From Octopus sinensis (lineage: Eukaryota), in assembly GCF_006345805.1 (NCBI RefSeq), contig NC_043003.1, positions 88,598,001 to 88,662,000 on the forward strand: a DNA stretch of 64,000 bases, read 5' to 3'. Positions 48,031 to 60,477 of this stretch are shown here, one piece after another. The stretch's first letter is position 1; each line of letters opens with the position of its first letter. Position numbers and translations under genes: made by a program. The notes beneath the pieces were generated by a model. It was not told where the DNA came from, did not search any database, and saw only the letters and a list, made by a program, of their open reading frames with translations.

Positions 48031-48849
48031 TTTGATTCCTCTGAAGGGTATTTTAATAAATTCAAAATGTCTAAAATGGGTAGTTATAGCTGTCTTAGGA
48101 ATGTCAGGTAGCGCAATCAGAATTTAGTTGTAAGGAAATGCTAAATCAATATTCAAAAAGACAGTACAGTCATGTCTAAAATATGTGGAATAGGATACTT
48201 ATCTGGAACTGTTAAGGCATTTAACTGCCTGTAGTCTCTACAAGGATGCCAATTGCCCCAGACTTTTTTTTGACTAAATGTAGCAGTGAGAAACAGTTAC
48301 TACCAGAAGGTCGGATTATTCCAACATAAGACCAAATTCTCCCTTTACAATTTTAAGCTTGTTTATGGTAAGATGTCTGGGATGAGACGAGAACAGGAGG
48401 TCCCTTTGTAATAAAATGATGAGCAACAGAATGTACTGGACTCTTGTTATTAAAAACAGTAGGAGTGATACTTGGAAATTTCTGAAGACTCATGATAATG
48501 GTTATATGCAAATGGAACAAAGAAAAGCAGACTCACATAAAGATTTGAATACATACTCTGTGCTGATAGCTTGGTTTGCATATCTATCAGTTGCCTGTGC
48601 TTCAAACTGACAAGACCAAAATGATGCAAGAAGTAAAAAGTTGGCATCAAGAATAGGATACAGAAGGTTGGCAGTGATGAATATCCATTTGAACTGTTGC
48701 CTTTAGCTCCAGTGCTAAAAATTTTTTGCCGAAAGTAGTGATTGGTGAATGATTTATGGCTTGCATTGCTATGGCAGGTGGTTTTAATGAATCAGAAGTT
48801 TGACAGGCCATATACTACTGGCTGCTCCAGTGTCAACTAATATTGCCTG

Positions 48850-49084
48850 AAAGGCGGCGAGCTGGCAGAAACGGTAGCACGCCGGGCAAAATGCGAAGCC
48901 GTATTTCGTCTGCCGTTACGTTCTGAGTTCAAATTCCGCTGAGGTCGACTTTGCCTTTCATCCTTTCGGGGTCGATAAATTAAGTACTAGTTATGCACTG
49001 GGGTCGATGGAATTGACTTAATCCGTTTTGTCTGTCCTTGTTTGTCCCCTCTGTGTTTAGCCCCTTGTGGGTAGTAAAGAAATA
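48850..49084 (+). mobile_element. SINE family B with 11-bp TSD, inserted beside the Gypsy protease DTG motif
   Basis: AATATTGCCTG at 48839-48849 and 49085-49095; A box TGGCAGAAACGG, B box GTTCAAATTCC. Confidence 0.92.
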
Positions 49085-49544
49085 AATATTGCCTGGAGAT
49101 GGTGTCATAAGTGAAGATGATACAACAGGCTGATAATCCATCCAGAGATTTAGTTGTGTTTAATCTCTGGCAACAATGTTTTACTGGTCTTGAGTAGATG
49201 ACTTAAAAGTGCAAGGAGAGATATGCTTGTGCACATTCATTCCGAAATGACTGTAATACTAACAGAAAGATAAAGAATTTTTTGAGCGCTATAAAATCAC
49301 TTTCTCAAAATTCTCTGGCCATAAGAATTCAAGTACTGATGGAATCTTGGAAGCTCAAACTGCTCGAGCTTGTCCATTAGAACTTGTATTGTCTCATCAG
49401 TTGACTTGCAGAACAAGGCCAGTCCAGAGGGTATTGAAGACACAAAAGGATAAGTTTTGGTACTGTTTGTATTTGGAGAAGAAATATCCATAATACTGTG
49501 TGCTAGCTCCACTAGCTAGTTAATAGAACCCTGCTCTCTTATCA

Positions 49545-50090
49545 TCATCATTTAATATCCGTTCTCCATGCTGGCATGAGTTGGATGGTTTGACAGGAGT
49601 TGGCCAGCTGCAGAGCTGCCCATGCTCCATTTGTCTGTTTTGGCTTGGTTTCTATAGCCAGATATCCTTCTTAATGCTAACCACCTACCATCCACATAGC
49701 CCACCAGATAAGGGAGCAAGAGACCCTGTCAAAGATTTTCCCCGTGTTAACAAAAGCTAAATACAGTGGTTTTTGGCCAAATACTTCTCCTGCAGCTGTC
49801 TTGCCAGGAAGATAGCATCGGTAGTGCTTCTTCTTGGCACAAAACCAAACTGTATCTCATCTAGATTAACTCTCTTCCTAATTAATTGAGCTATGGCTAT
49901 TGCTGTAACTTTCATCACTTGGTCCAGCAATTTGATACTTCTTTAATTATTTCTATCTAAGGTATCACTTTTACCTTTGTAGTTGTTGACTATAATGCTG
50001 CTTCACCAGTTGTTGGATATGACTCCCTCATGGACAACCTGATTATCTATATGGGTGACTAGGCCATATTCCACGCTGTCAGAATAGCTT
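49545..50090 (-). mobile_element. Internally deleted RTE fragment nested in Gypsy gag
   Basis: (CAT)n tail and 3' UTR joined directly to the RT segment FDRVSCSLIWW. Confidence 0.8.
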
Positions 50091-52679
50091 GTGCATTATG
50101 TGGAAGGTGGGGAAAAAAAAAGCTGCCGTAACATAGATTCATTAAGTTGGTTTGTCTTCTACCAAATCCCACATTTTTCTCAATAGTTGAGAAGGTTGTT
50201 TGCTGCTTAGGGTTCCCTTATGGAGGAGTTAATGGAATCTCTTTTGCTTGAACATAGAAGTACATCTCATAATTTCTGCCTTCATACTTTTATATGAGCG
50301 GTGATCAAGTCTTTAACTTTGCTGCTCAAAGCTGGTGGCAAAACACTGACTTGTATATGGAACTGCCATGCATCAGAGGATATCTTGTTAGCTGCAAATT
50401 TGGCTTCATGTTGCAAAAACCAAATCGATGGGTCCCCTGGGTAAGGTAGTGATGCAATCAGTAATGCTGCCTGCTTTGTTAGACTGTTGCTAGTTTCTGG
50501 GGAAATTGAAAGAACAGGAGAAGACGCTATAACAGTGTTGTTAAGAAATTAAAAATTATAGAAAGACAAAAATACTGGCTATTTTTGAGCTGGTAAAACT
50601 TATTATACTGCTGCCATGTAGATTTAACTGCTATTTTGAGGAAAAATGAAAGTGTGACTTGTAGCCAATAGTGGTTACTTGATATGGTGGTGGAAAGTGG
50701 CTGTAAGGAAAAGATGCCGTTGGCTTCTTGCACCCTTGTTTTACCTTTCTCAGTCTTTAGGGTTTTAAATGACTTAAGTTACGCTTTCCTGAATGAAAAA
50801 AAGCATTCAAAATGAGTTGTCAAGAAGGTCAACAGGACTTTATGTATATATTGTTGCAGGCATGTAGAAGTAATTCATGATTCAAGTCAATAAGTAGCCA
50901 TGATAACTAAGCGTTAGCTTTGTCATAGGTCACCAATGTTGTTTGGAGGGTATACATGTGAGGCTGTGTGTGGATGATGTATCAACACCATGCAAACATT
51001 TAATAGTAAATTTTATTTTGCTTCACAAGTAATATTTTCAGATTGGTCATGAATTATAAAGTTTCCACAGCAAGTCAACACTGTTGAAAGAATAATTGTG
51101 CAGCATTCATCATCTGTACTGAAGTTTGCCAGGATAGGAGAGAATATACAGTATATTGATATTGGTCAACTATTATAACATATCCAGGTTGAGCAGAAAG
51201 TCATGAAAAAACTATTATAAATGACAAGAGAGTGTTTGGAGCTGGACTTCAGGTTACCATTCACTGAAAGTTGATGCTAAAAACAAGCCTTGTACTGAAA
51301 TGTTCCAGAACGAGCTAGAAGAACCTATTACGTGAAGTCTGGCTGCTGATTGGTTAATAACTTGACCTCTCACAGGAACAATTTTGTGCTATGTCATAAC
51401 TTAAACATTGCAATCTGTCGACTTGGTTTTGAGTTTGTTACACATACAATGTGTTTATGATTACATTTAATAAACATATTTTGTGTAGCTGTGAATTTAG
51501 GACCATATTCTGATGCATTGGTGCTCTATGAATGAGAAAAACAATACCCCCCAACTATGACATATAATGTGTCATCCTTTTTACTATTTAGTTGTTGTTT
51601 TTTTTTAGATGAAGCTGTTAAAGGAAAAGGAAGACTTGGTTGTTGTTTCTAGTAGGTTGAGAGACCAGGTAGCAGTTTCAACTTCATTGTGTTTGCTGAG
51701 CTTCATAACAAGGATTTTGATTGGCTAAAATTATTTAACTTTAAATGCTTGTAACTTCTTTATTATTACTTTCTGTAAAAAAATTAATTCAGTTTTTGTC
51801 ATCAGTATGCAAAACTACACCAGAACGAAATTTTTTGAAAATTATCTGATGGAAATTTGAAAAACTTTAAGTGGTTGGAAGTGTCACAACGGCATGGTGT
51901 TAATGAAAGATGTTGTGAAATGCTGGTGGTGGTTGAGTATAATGATGCATAACAATTAACAGAACTTTATTGACCACTCAAAATAGTTTCCATGTTGGTC
52001 TTGAATTTAAAATACAACAAAATTAACACACTGGTAGAATAATTCTGCAGTTATTACAAAATAGTTGGTGAAATAAACTGTCATGACAGGAGAAAATGCC
52101 ACGTGGGGTTCATGACTGCAGAACTGTAACTGCTGTCTAATGCAGCAAAGTGAGAATGTGGTTTGCATGATGGTGATTGTCTACAAACTGAAATTGGGCA
52201 CCCAAAGCATGCCTATTTATAAAACCCATTAGGAAATGTTATAGAAAATTCAAGAAAATTGCACCAGGTGACGTCTTGATGCTGATTAGCCAGTTAATCA
52301 GCTGATCACAAGAAATAGCTGTCACTAAGCTATGGCTTTTACTTGGCAATTTGATAATTCAGTTTCAAATCTGCTTTAGAAGAAATTTAACATGGTCTAT
52401 TTCTAATACAGATGCAGGCCAGAAATTTGGGAGAGGGTTGTTGATTATATTGACCCCAGTACTAAACTGAAAATAAATTTTATTGACCTCCAAAAGGGTG
52501 AAAGGCAAAGTTGACCTCAGCAGGATTTCAACTCAAAATATAAATAGCCAAAAGAAGTTCCACAAGGCATTTTATTGAACAATTTTACCAATCCATCACC
52601 TTCAACTTACATAGGTAACACAAGTCCACAGATATTTGTTATGCTGAATCCAAAAATGGATCCAATTTTTACCATTGTG

Positions 52680-52985
52680 TCTAGATTTGAAGATATCCAA
52701 ACCCCACCAAATCATCTGTAGGTAATGTGTGTGGACTTCAAGATGGTCAATTATTTCTTGGGGCAACAATGTGGATACATGAAATATCCATGCTTTTTAT
52801 GTATGTAGGACAGCAGTGTCAAGGGAAATCATCGAGTGATCAAAGAATGGCTTCAGTAAACTTTAGTTTCAGGGTCTTTTAATGTGCCTTTAATTCAGCC
52901 AGGAAAAATCCTACTTCCTCTCCATATCAAACTTGGCATTATAAAGCAGTTTCTAAAGCTCTGTATAAAGATGGACCATGCTACT
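52680..52985 (+). mobile_element. DNA transposase remnant, Chapaev3-like (family assignment inferred)
   Basis: VDFKMVNYFLGQQCGYMKYPCFLCM*DS...ILLPLHIKLGIIKQF. Confidence 0.7.
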
Positions 52986-52994
52986 CAGTGTTAC

Positions 52995-53900
52995 TGGAAA
53001 CTTCAATATCAGTGAAAATATAGACAAGCTATACATTCCTTGTAAGGATGGTGGCTATAGTCTTAAACCTGTAATGATGTCATATCAAGCACATATTGTG
53101 ACACTGAAGCAATATCTATAGCAGAGAAAAGAGGCCAGTAAGTATCTTGCCCAAGTTTGCAAGCATGAACTCAACAGTATAATTAGGATAGCTAATGAAT
53201 TCAAGGAGAAGTATGAAATAAGAACTGATATAGATCTCTTTCCAAGGAGCATTAGTAACTTCTCTTTATCAGAACAACACAATAAAACAATGGATCAGTT
53301 TACTGGTAGTGCATGGATACTTGACATGAAAAATACAAGCCATTGAGGGAATTAATCATAATTTAAGTTTATAATTATCTCACTTTGAACTCTACTTTCA
53401 CGTAATTTATGAACAAGAAATCTAGTACCTGCAACATAAAAAGCAGAAAAAATTGACAAACATCAAATGCAGGCTGTGCAGAACTAAGGCTGAAGACATC
53501 AACCAGATTATTGCCAGCCACAACAGAATGTCTTTTAATATTATCTTCCCATGAGGCATGATGCAGTGGCCAAAACAGTCTAAGAGAAAAGGAAAATAAC
53601 AATAGATGAAGTTGACTATACTAAGACCAACGGGTCAAAAGAATATTAGTGGAACTTAAAAATTAAAACAGCCAACAAGTTAAAACTCAACTGGTCAGAT
53701 AATGTGTAGAGCTACAAGAAAAAATATACTCTTGTGGAAATTATCTGCCTTCTGGATGCTAATGCGGTTAGAAAATCCAGGGAAAAGAGGATATTCATGG
53801 ACTATTGATAAGGAATTTGTATATCCAGTACCCAAAATACACTTTTAACTTCATACTTATCATTATTGAACCACAGGATATGTACTAACCTGCCTGGAGC
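52995..53900 (+). mobile_element. Degraded R4/Dong-like non-LTR retrotransposon C-terminus
   Basis: KLYIPCKDGGYSL (cf. LYLPRKEGGRGL), CRLCRTKAEDINQII (degenerate CCHC), restriction-like endonuclease remnants. Confidence 0.5.
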
Positions 53901-54470
53901 TAAGTGGCTGGACTTGGGTACTTGGAGAGAGAATGCACTCCATAATTTAAATACTACAAATGTTCATGATATCTAGGACGGTAAAATCTGGAAGTGATCA
54001 AAATTTGAAGTGAATAAAACAAGATGCTTTCTGTCACAACTTTGCTGCCAAGCAGGTGGTTGATCAAAATTAGATCTAAATAAAAAAGAGAAAAAGAACA
54101 CATATTTACACACACACACACACACACTCTCTCTCTCTCTCTCTCTCTCCCAAACCATGAGCTTCTGCACAATTTTTCTTTACCTAATTCCACTCTCATG
54201 ATATTGATCACTCCAAGGTTGCAGAAGACACTTCACCAAGAAGGTGCATAATGCGATTGTACTTAGAACCATGTAGTTGTGAAGCAAAGTCTTAACTTCA
54301 TGGCTATGCTTTGAGAGAAGAAATAAAGACAATATGGTCACAGTTAGAATACCTTTATTCATAGGACCTTTCAGTGAAGGCTGACATAGGTTGAGCAGCA
54401 TCATTAAGTCACGTACTTAGCCTCTACTCTGATGTTTGATTTCTTAAAAAAATATTTATTTCTATTGTAG

Positions 54471-54569
54471 GTGGTTTGGCTGAGGAAGTAGACGAAAAAG
54501 TGTTACAAGCTGCATTCATTCCATTTGGTGATATTGTTTACATTCAGATCCCTCTTGATTATGAAACTG
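54471..54569 (+). CDS. PPIE: PPIE coding exon 2 (RRM)
   Basis: TATTGTAG acceptor and GTAAG donor; 99 nt = (G)[32 protein letters not shown](E); human [34 protein letters not shown]. Confidence 0.95.
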
Positions 54570-54774
54570 GTAAGAAACTCATGACTTTTTTTTTGCAAAC
54601 ACAATATTGCGACACATTCAAACATGGTTTTTGATTCAGTTCCACTGTGTGGCACCTTGGGTAAGTGTCTTTTGCTATAGCCTCAGGCTAATCCAACCTT
54701 TGCATATAGATTTAGTGGACAGAAACTGTCTTTCGCTATAGCCACAGGCTAATCCAACCATTGCATATAGATTT

Positions 54775-57700
54775 ATCATCATCATCATCATCGTTTAACG
54801 TCCGCTTTCCATGCTAGCATGGGTTGGACGGTTCAACTGGGGTCTGGCAAGCCCGAAGGCTGCACCAGGCCAGTCAGATCTGGCAGTGTTTCTACAGCTG
54901 GATGTCCTTCCTAACGCCAACCACTCTGTGAGCGTAGTGGGTGCTTTTTACATGCCACCGACACAGGTGCCAGACGAGGCTGGCGAACGGCCACGCTCGG
55001 ATGGTGTTTTTTACGTGCCACCAGCACGGAGGCCAGTTGATGTGGTACTGGCTACGGCCACGTTCGGATGGTTTTCTTATGTGCCACCGGCACTGGTACC
55101 AAAAAACTACAAATTTCATTGATGTTCATCGATTTTGATTTGATTCTTTGATTTTTGATTTTCACTTGCCTCAACAGGTCTTCACAAGTAGAGTTATGTG
55201 TCCCAAGAAGGAAGGCATGCACAGGTGGACTGACTACATCCCAGGTAGGGGCTATGGGTTATGGCCTCACTTGTCCTGCCGGGTCTTCTCGTGCACAGCA
55301 TACTTCCAAAGGTCTCGGTCTCTGGTCATTTCCTCGGTGAGACCTAAAGAGCGAAGGTCGTTCTTCACCACCTCGTCCCAGGTTTTCCTGGGCCTACCTC
55401 TTCCACAGGTTCCCTCAACCGCTAGGGTGTGGCACTTTTTCAGACAACTATCTTCATCCATTCTTACTACGTGTCCATACCAGCGTAGACGCCTCTCTTG
55501 CATACCACATCTGATGCTTCTTAGGTTCAACTTTTCTCTTAAGGCACTTACACTCTGTTGGGTTTGAACACTGACATTACACATCCATCGGAGCAAACTG
55601 GCTTCATTTCTTGCGAGCTTACGCATATCCTCAGCAGTCACGGCTCATGTTTCACTGCCATGTAGCATGGCTGTTCGCACACATGCGTCATACAGTCTGC
55701 CTTTTACTCTGAGTGAGAGGCCTTTTGTCCCTAGCAGAGGTAAGAGCTCTCTGAACTTTGCCCAGGCTATTCTTACTCTAGCAGTTACACTTTCGGCACA
55801 CCCATCCCCGCTACTGACTTGGTCACCTAGGTAACGGAAACTATCAACTATTTCAAGTTTTTCTCCCTGGAATGTGGCGGAAGATGGTCTCAGAGCATTT
55901 TCAGTGTTTATTGTTCCTGAGCATCTGCCACATACAAAAACTATATTCCTAGTTAGCCTTCCTTTGACATTGCTGCACCTCTTATGTGTCCATAGCTTAC
56001 ACTTGGTGCATCTTATAGAGTTCCTACCTACGTCTTTTCTACAGATCGAGCAGGGCCATCTACCTGAAGGCGTTTGAGATTTGTCTACCTTCCTACTTAT
56101 TAGGACTTTGGTTTTCGCTAGATTGACTCTAAGGCTCTTCGATTCTAATCCTTGCTTCCACGCCTGAAACTTGTCCTTGAGTTCTGATAGTGATTCAGCA
56201 ATTAGAGCAAGGACATCAGCATAGAGGAGCTCCCAGAGGCATCCTGTCTTGAATTCTTCCGTTATTTCCTGGAGGACTATGATAAATAGGAGGGGGCTGA
56301 GGACTGAGCCTTGGTGGACCCCAACCTCCACCCGGAATTCTTTAGTGTACTCGTTGCCAACCCTCACCTTACTAACAGCGTCCCTGTACATGGCATGCAC
56401 AGCTCTCACTAAGCATTCATCTATCCCTAGTTTCTTCATTGACCACCAGATAAGGGAACGGGGGACCCTGTCAAAGGCTTTCTCCAACTCAACGAAAGCC
56501 AGGTACAGAGTTTTATCTTTGGCTAGGTATTTCTCCTGCAGCTGTCTCACCAGAAATATGGCATCAGTGGTGCTTTTCCCTGGCACGAAACCAAACTGCA
56601 TCTCGTCTAGGTTGACTCTCTCTCTAATCAGTTGGGCTATGACCCTTTCCGTAACCTTCATTACCTGATCCAACAGCTTGATACCTCTGTAATTATTTGT
56701 ATCTAGGGCGTCACCTTTACCTGTGTAGCAGTTGACTATTATGCTACTACACCAGTCATTGGGTATGACTCCTTCGTGTATCACCTGGTTAACTATACGG
56801 GTGACTAGGCTATAGTCGACACTGCCAGATATTTTGAGCATCTCTGTAGTAATTCCTAATGGGCCTGGGACTTTCCCTGTCTTCATGCTTCCAATTGCCT
56901 TAACTACCATGGAACTGTCAACTCGGATAGCTGGTCCCTCTGTTGAGTCGACATTCGGCAGACTCTTTTTATCCCATTCATTCTCTTTGTTGAGCAATCT
57001 TTCATAGTGGCATCTCCAAACCTCTCTCTTTGCATCCTCATTTAGCACAAGTGAACCATCATCCATGCGAACACATTTCTCTCCTACCACATCACGATTC
57101 TCTCTCACACACTGTCTTGCAACACGAAACACCTCAAGTCTTTGGTCCTCACGGCGCAGAACATTGGCAAATTTTTTCTTATCTGCTTCCCCTCTAGCTA
57201 AATATACCTGTCTCCTAGCTTCTCTTTCCGCAGTCTGATACAATTCCCTACTACCGCCTTTCCTCCAGTCCTTCCAAGCCTGTCTCTTGTCTCTAATAGC
57301 CCTGTCTACAACATTATTCCGCCACCACGTTACCCTGGGATGAGATGGGACTTTGCTCCATCCACAGATCTGGTCAGTGGCTCTCAGCAGATTGTCCTGT
57401 AGAAACCTCCAGTTGGCTTCCACATTATGTGATGTTATATCGCCTTCTATTTCGTCGAAAGCTTCGAGTAGAACTTCTCTAAATCTCCGTCCATTTACAG
57501 GATCTTTAAGTTTCCAGACTCTTCTCCTCTGAGCTGGTCTTCTGGGCAGCCATTTGGCCCTGATCCTGAAGTCGCTAACTACTAATCTATGTTGAGGAGT
57601 ACATTCCTCGCCTGGGAAGGTTTTGGCATTTATAAGCAGCCCTCTTTCTGGCGAGGATGTAGTCGATCAGGCTAGTGTGTCTGCCAGAACGGTAGGTGAC

Positions 57701-57875
57701 TAGGTGAGAGGTGGGTTTCCTGAAGTTGGTATTGCAAATCATAAAGTCATTTGCATCGCAGAACTCCAGCAGCCTGGTTCCCTCCTCATTGCGAGAACCA
57801 AAACCGTAGCCCCCGTGTATGCTATGGAAGCCCCCGACATGCCATCCAACATGTCCATTGAAGTCACCTGCCACA
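54775..57875 (-). mobile_element. 5'-truncated RTE LINE, same family as 10141-13503, in PPIE intron 2
   Basis: ORF 55645-57423 (RT and PHD), in-frame TGA at SETW, 8-bp deletion near 57640, 3' UTR repeats and (CAT)n. Confidence 0.95.
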
Positions 57876-57879
57876 AAGT

Positions 57880-57979
57880 GGCAACATGCAGGAGAAACAG
57901 GTGAGGGTTGGCAACATGCAGGAGAAACAGGTGAGGATTGGCAACATGCAGGAGAAACAGGTGAGGGTTGGCAACATGC
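57880..57979. repeat. 30-bp tandem repeat, 3.3 copies, at the RTE 5' junction
   Basis: GGCAACATGCAGGAGAAACAGGTGAGG(G/A)TT. Confidence 0.95.
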
Positions 57980-59169
57980 CCATAGAAAATCTGCTTCAAC
58001 AGATTCTTTCTAACCCAATGCAGTCACAAAAAAGTGGATGTTAAATCAATCATGATTTGAGATTGAACTGAGATAAGAACTTTGGCATATCCTTTTAGCC
58101 TTTATTTGCATTTTCAATATGCTGTAAATATGATGCATGTAAGTTGATTTAATGCAAGAGATATGACCATTCTAGACTGGGAATATTACAGAAATGGATC
58201 ATACATTCAAGTTAATAAAGGTGAGACAGAGGCTTTGTGTAATATTGATAATACCAAAAAAAAAAAAAAAGATTGGGAATTTTGGCCCCAACACATGAAA
58301 TGCATTGAGAAACATTTATAGTACAAAATTGTCCAACCTATATCAACATGCAAAAAATGAGTATTAAAATGATGATGATAATGACATTAACATCTGTGTT
58401 TCATACTGGCATAGGTTGGATGGTTTGACAGGATGCAATGTATCCAAGGACTGCATTGTGCTCCAATGTCTGTTTTGGCATAGTTTCTACAGCTAGATGT
58501 GCTTCCTAATACCAACTACTTTACAGCATGGACTGGGTGCTTTTTTCATGTCACCTGCACTATTGAGGTCACCATGCAGCTCACAGAACTTCAAACCCTG
58601 TTGGTGGGAGTATGGATCGAACTATAAGGTTGGTGGGGAGTCAGTGCAGGTTCTTGTAGAGGATTTGCATGACTGCTCACATCTTATAGAAAAAGGGAGA
58701 GCAAAAGATGAACAGTAGGAGCTGCAAGAAATAAATAATGACAATGAAGTACATAGATGACCCTACAAGGTATAAATAAGCTGAAGAATTGGTTTGTATG
58801 ATTGTATGGGAAGGAGGGCTAGTGGGGTAATGGGGAAGCAGACTGACAGAAGGGGCAGAATTGAAGGGTGGATGAGCAAGGAGACATGAGTTGGAAAAGA
58901 TAGCAGGATACAGAAGAAAGTGGAAGTGAGGCAAGCAGCAAGAGTAGTAAGAATGATACAGTTGTCAGGTAGGGAGGACAACAGAGATGAATGACATGGT
59001 AGTCTGCAAGAGCTGGGAGGCAGGCCTAATACATGGGATGCTGTGGGGATGAGTGACTGTAACATGGATGGAGAGCACTTGCAGAACAAGGTTTCTTTTC
59101 AAGAATCTCATATTGTTAGAAATCTTAGTCCTTAGTCATTTCCTCCATTAGGCTTAGAGTTTCGAGGTC

Positions 59170-59900
59170 AGCCTTAACCACTTATCCCATGACCTCCTGG
59201 ATCTCCCCCTTTTGCAAGTTCTGGCCACATTTAGTAATCAGCACTCTTTTATACAGCTGTCCTCCATACATGTCACATGCCCATACTAGCACAGTGTTCT
59301 TTGTTGCACACAACAACTGATTCCTCCTGTTTTCCACTCAGCACTTTTGTTCTATTACTTTCATGCACCCTCATGCATACTCTGCATATCCAGCAGAGTA
59401 TACTCACTTTGCTTCTTTCTAGTCTTCTCAAGACCAATACTTTCACTACTATGCATCATTGTAGCTCAAATCCAAGCATCATACAGTCTTAGGGAAAAAT
59501 GTTTGTTGTTAGCAGTTAGCACTCCCTGAACTTTCTCCAACCACTTCTCAATGAAGCCACTATACTTTCAGGGCAATCACCTCCCTTGCTAATTACATTT
59601 CATAGGTGACAAAAGCCACTTTCAATGAGTTATCTGGGTATTTAAAAGACTCAGCTTTTGGTGTGCGTGTATGAACTGCATATGAAGCTTACATTTTTGG
59701 AAAATCTGCTAATTATTCCACTAGATCCTTGAATGTCCATTGCTTACATCAAATACAGTGTATGGAGTTTATACCTACTCCTGTCTTTGCTAGTTATTAT
59801 AACCTTCGTCTTTGCTAGGTTTACATTATGACTTCTCAATTCCAGGTTTAGATTCCATGCCTGGAATTTCTTCTCTAATTCCTCTATGGATTCAGCTATA
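59170..59900 (-). mobile_element. Highly degraded RTE C-terminal fragment
   Basis: Residual similarity to the RTE 3' ORF region (AACTTTCTCCAACC...TTCCATGCCTGGAATTTCTTCTCTAATT); related tail at about 58370-58600. Confidence 0.6.
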
Positions 59901-60074
59901 AGAACTAAATCAGCAGCCTGTAGGGTTTCTGTGGATAGTCAGTCTTACTCTCCTCTGTGGTTGATTTTATCCTTGGTAATACCGGATTAAAAAAAGAACT
60001 TGAGTTAAGGTTTTTTATTTGTTTACATTCCGAGAATTTATGGCAGCAAATTCGCTACGGAACATTTTCTTTTC

Positions 60075-60445
60075 ATTACTCTTTTACTTATTTCAGTCAT
60101 TTGACTGTGACCATGCTGGAGCACTGCCTTTAGTCAAGTAAATCGACCCCAGGACTTATTCTTTGTAAGCCTAGTACTTATTCTATCGGTCTCTTTTGCC
60201 GAACCGCTAAGTTATGGGGACGTAAACACACCACCATCGGTTGTCAAGCGATGTTGGGGGACCAAACACAAACACATAAACACACACACACACACATATA
60301 TACAACAGGCTTCTTTCAGTTTCCTTCTACCAAGTCCACTTACAAGGCTTTGGTCGGTGTGAGGCTATGGAAGAAGACACTTGCCCAAGGTGCCATGCAG
60401 TGGGAATGAACTTGGAACCATGTGGTTGGTAAGCAAGCTACTTTT
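60075..60445 (-). mobile_element. SINE family A, near full length
   Basis: Tail TTTCAGTCATTTGACTGTGACCATGCTGGAGCACTGCC, central (CA)n, head ...CCATGTGGTTGGTAAGCAAGCTAC. Confidence 0.9.
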
Positions 60446-60477
60446 ATTCATAATATTGACCATGAAAGCCGTACATA

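Larger units (their letters stand above)
47480..50450 (-). mobile_element. Fragmented Gypsy/Ty3 LTR retrotransposon (gag, protease, RT) interrupted by RTE pieces and a SINE
   Basis: gag PYPGDPSIWFLQHEAKF and KQPSQLLRKM; C*YYSHFGMNVHKHISPC; protease VDTGAASSIWP and FKWIFITANLLYPILDANFL; [56 protein letters not shown]. Confidence 0.85.

Noticed and set aside
18581-54569. Two RRM-protein genes within 25-35 kb as a functional cluster
   Set aside because: They belong to different RRM families and RRM genes are common; there is no evidence of linkage beyond chance
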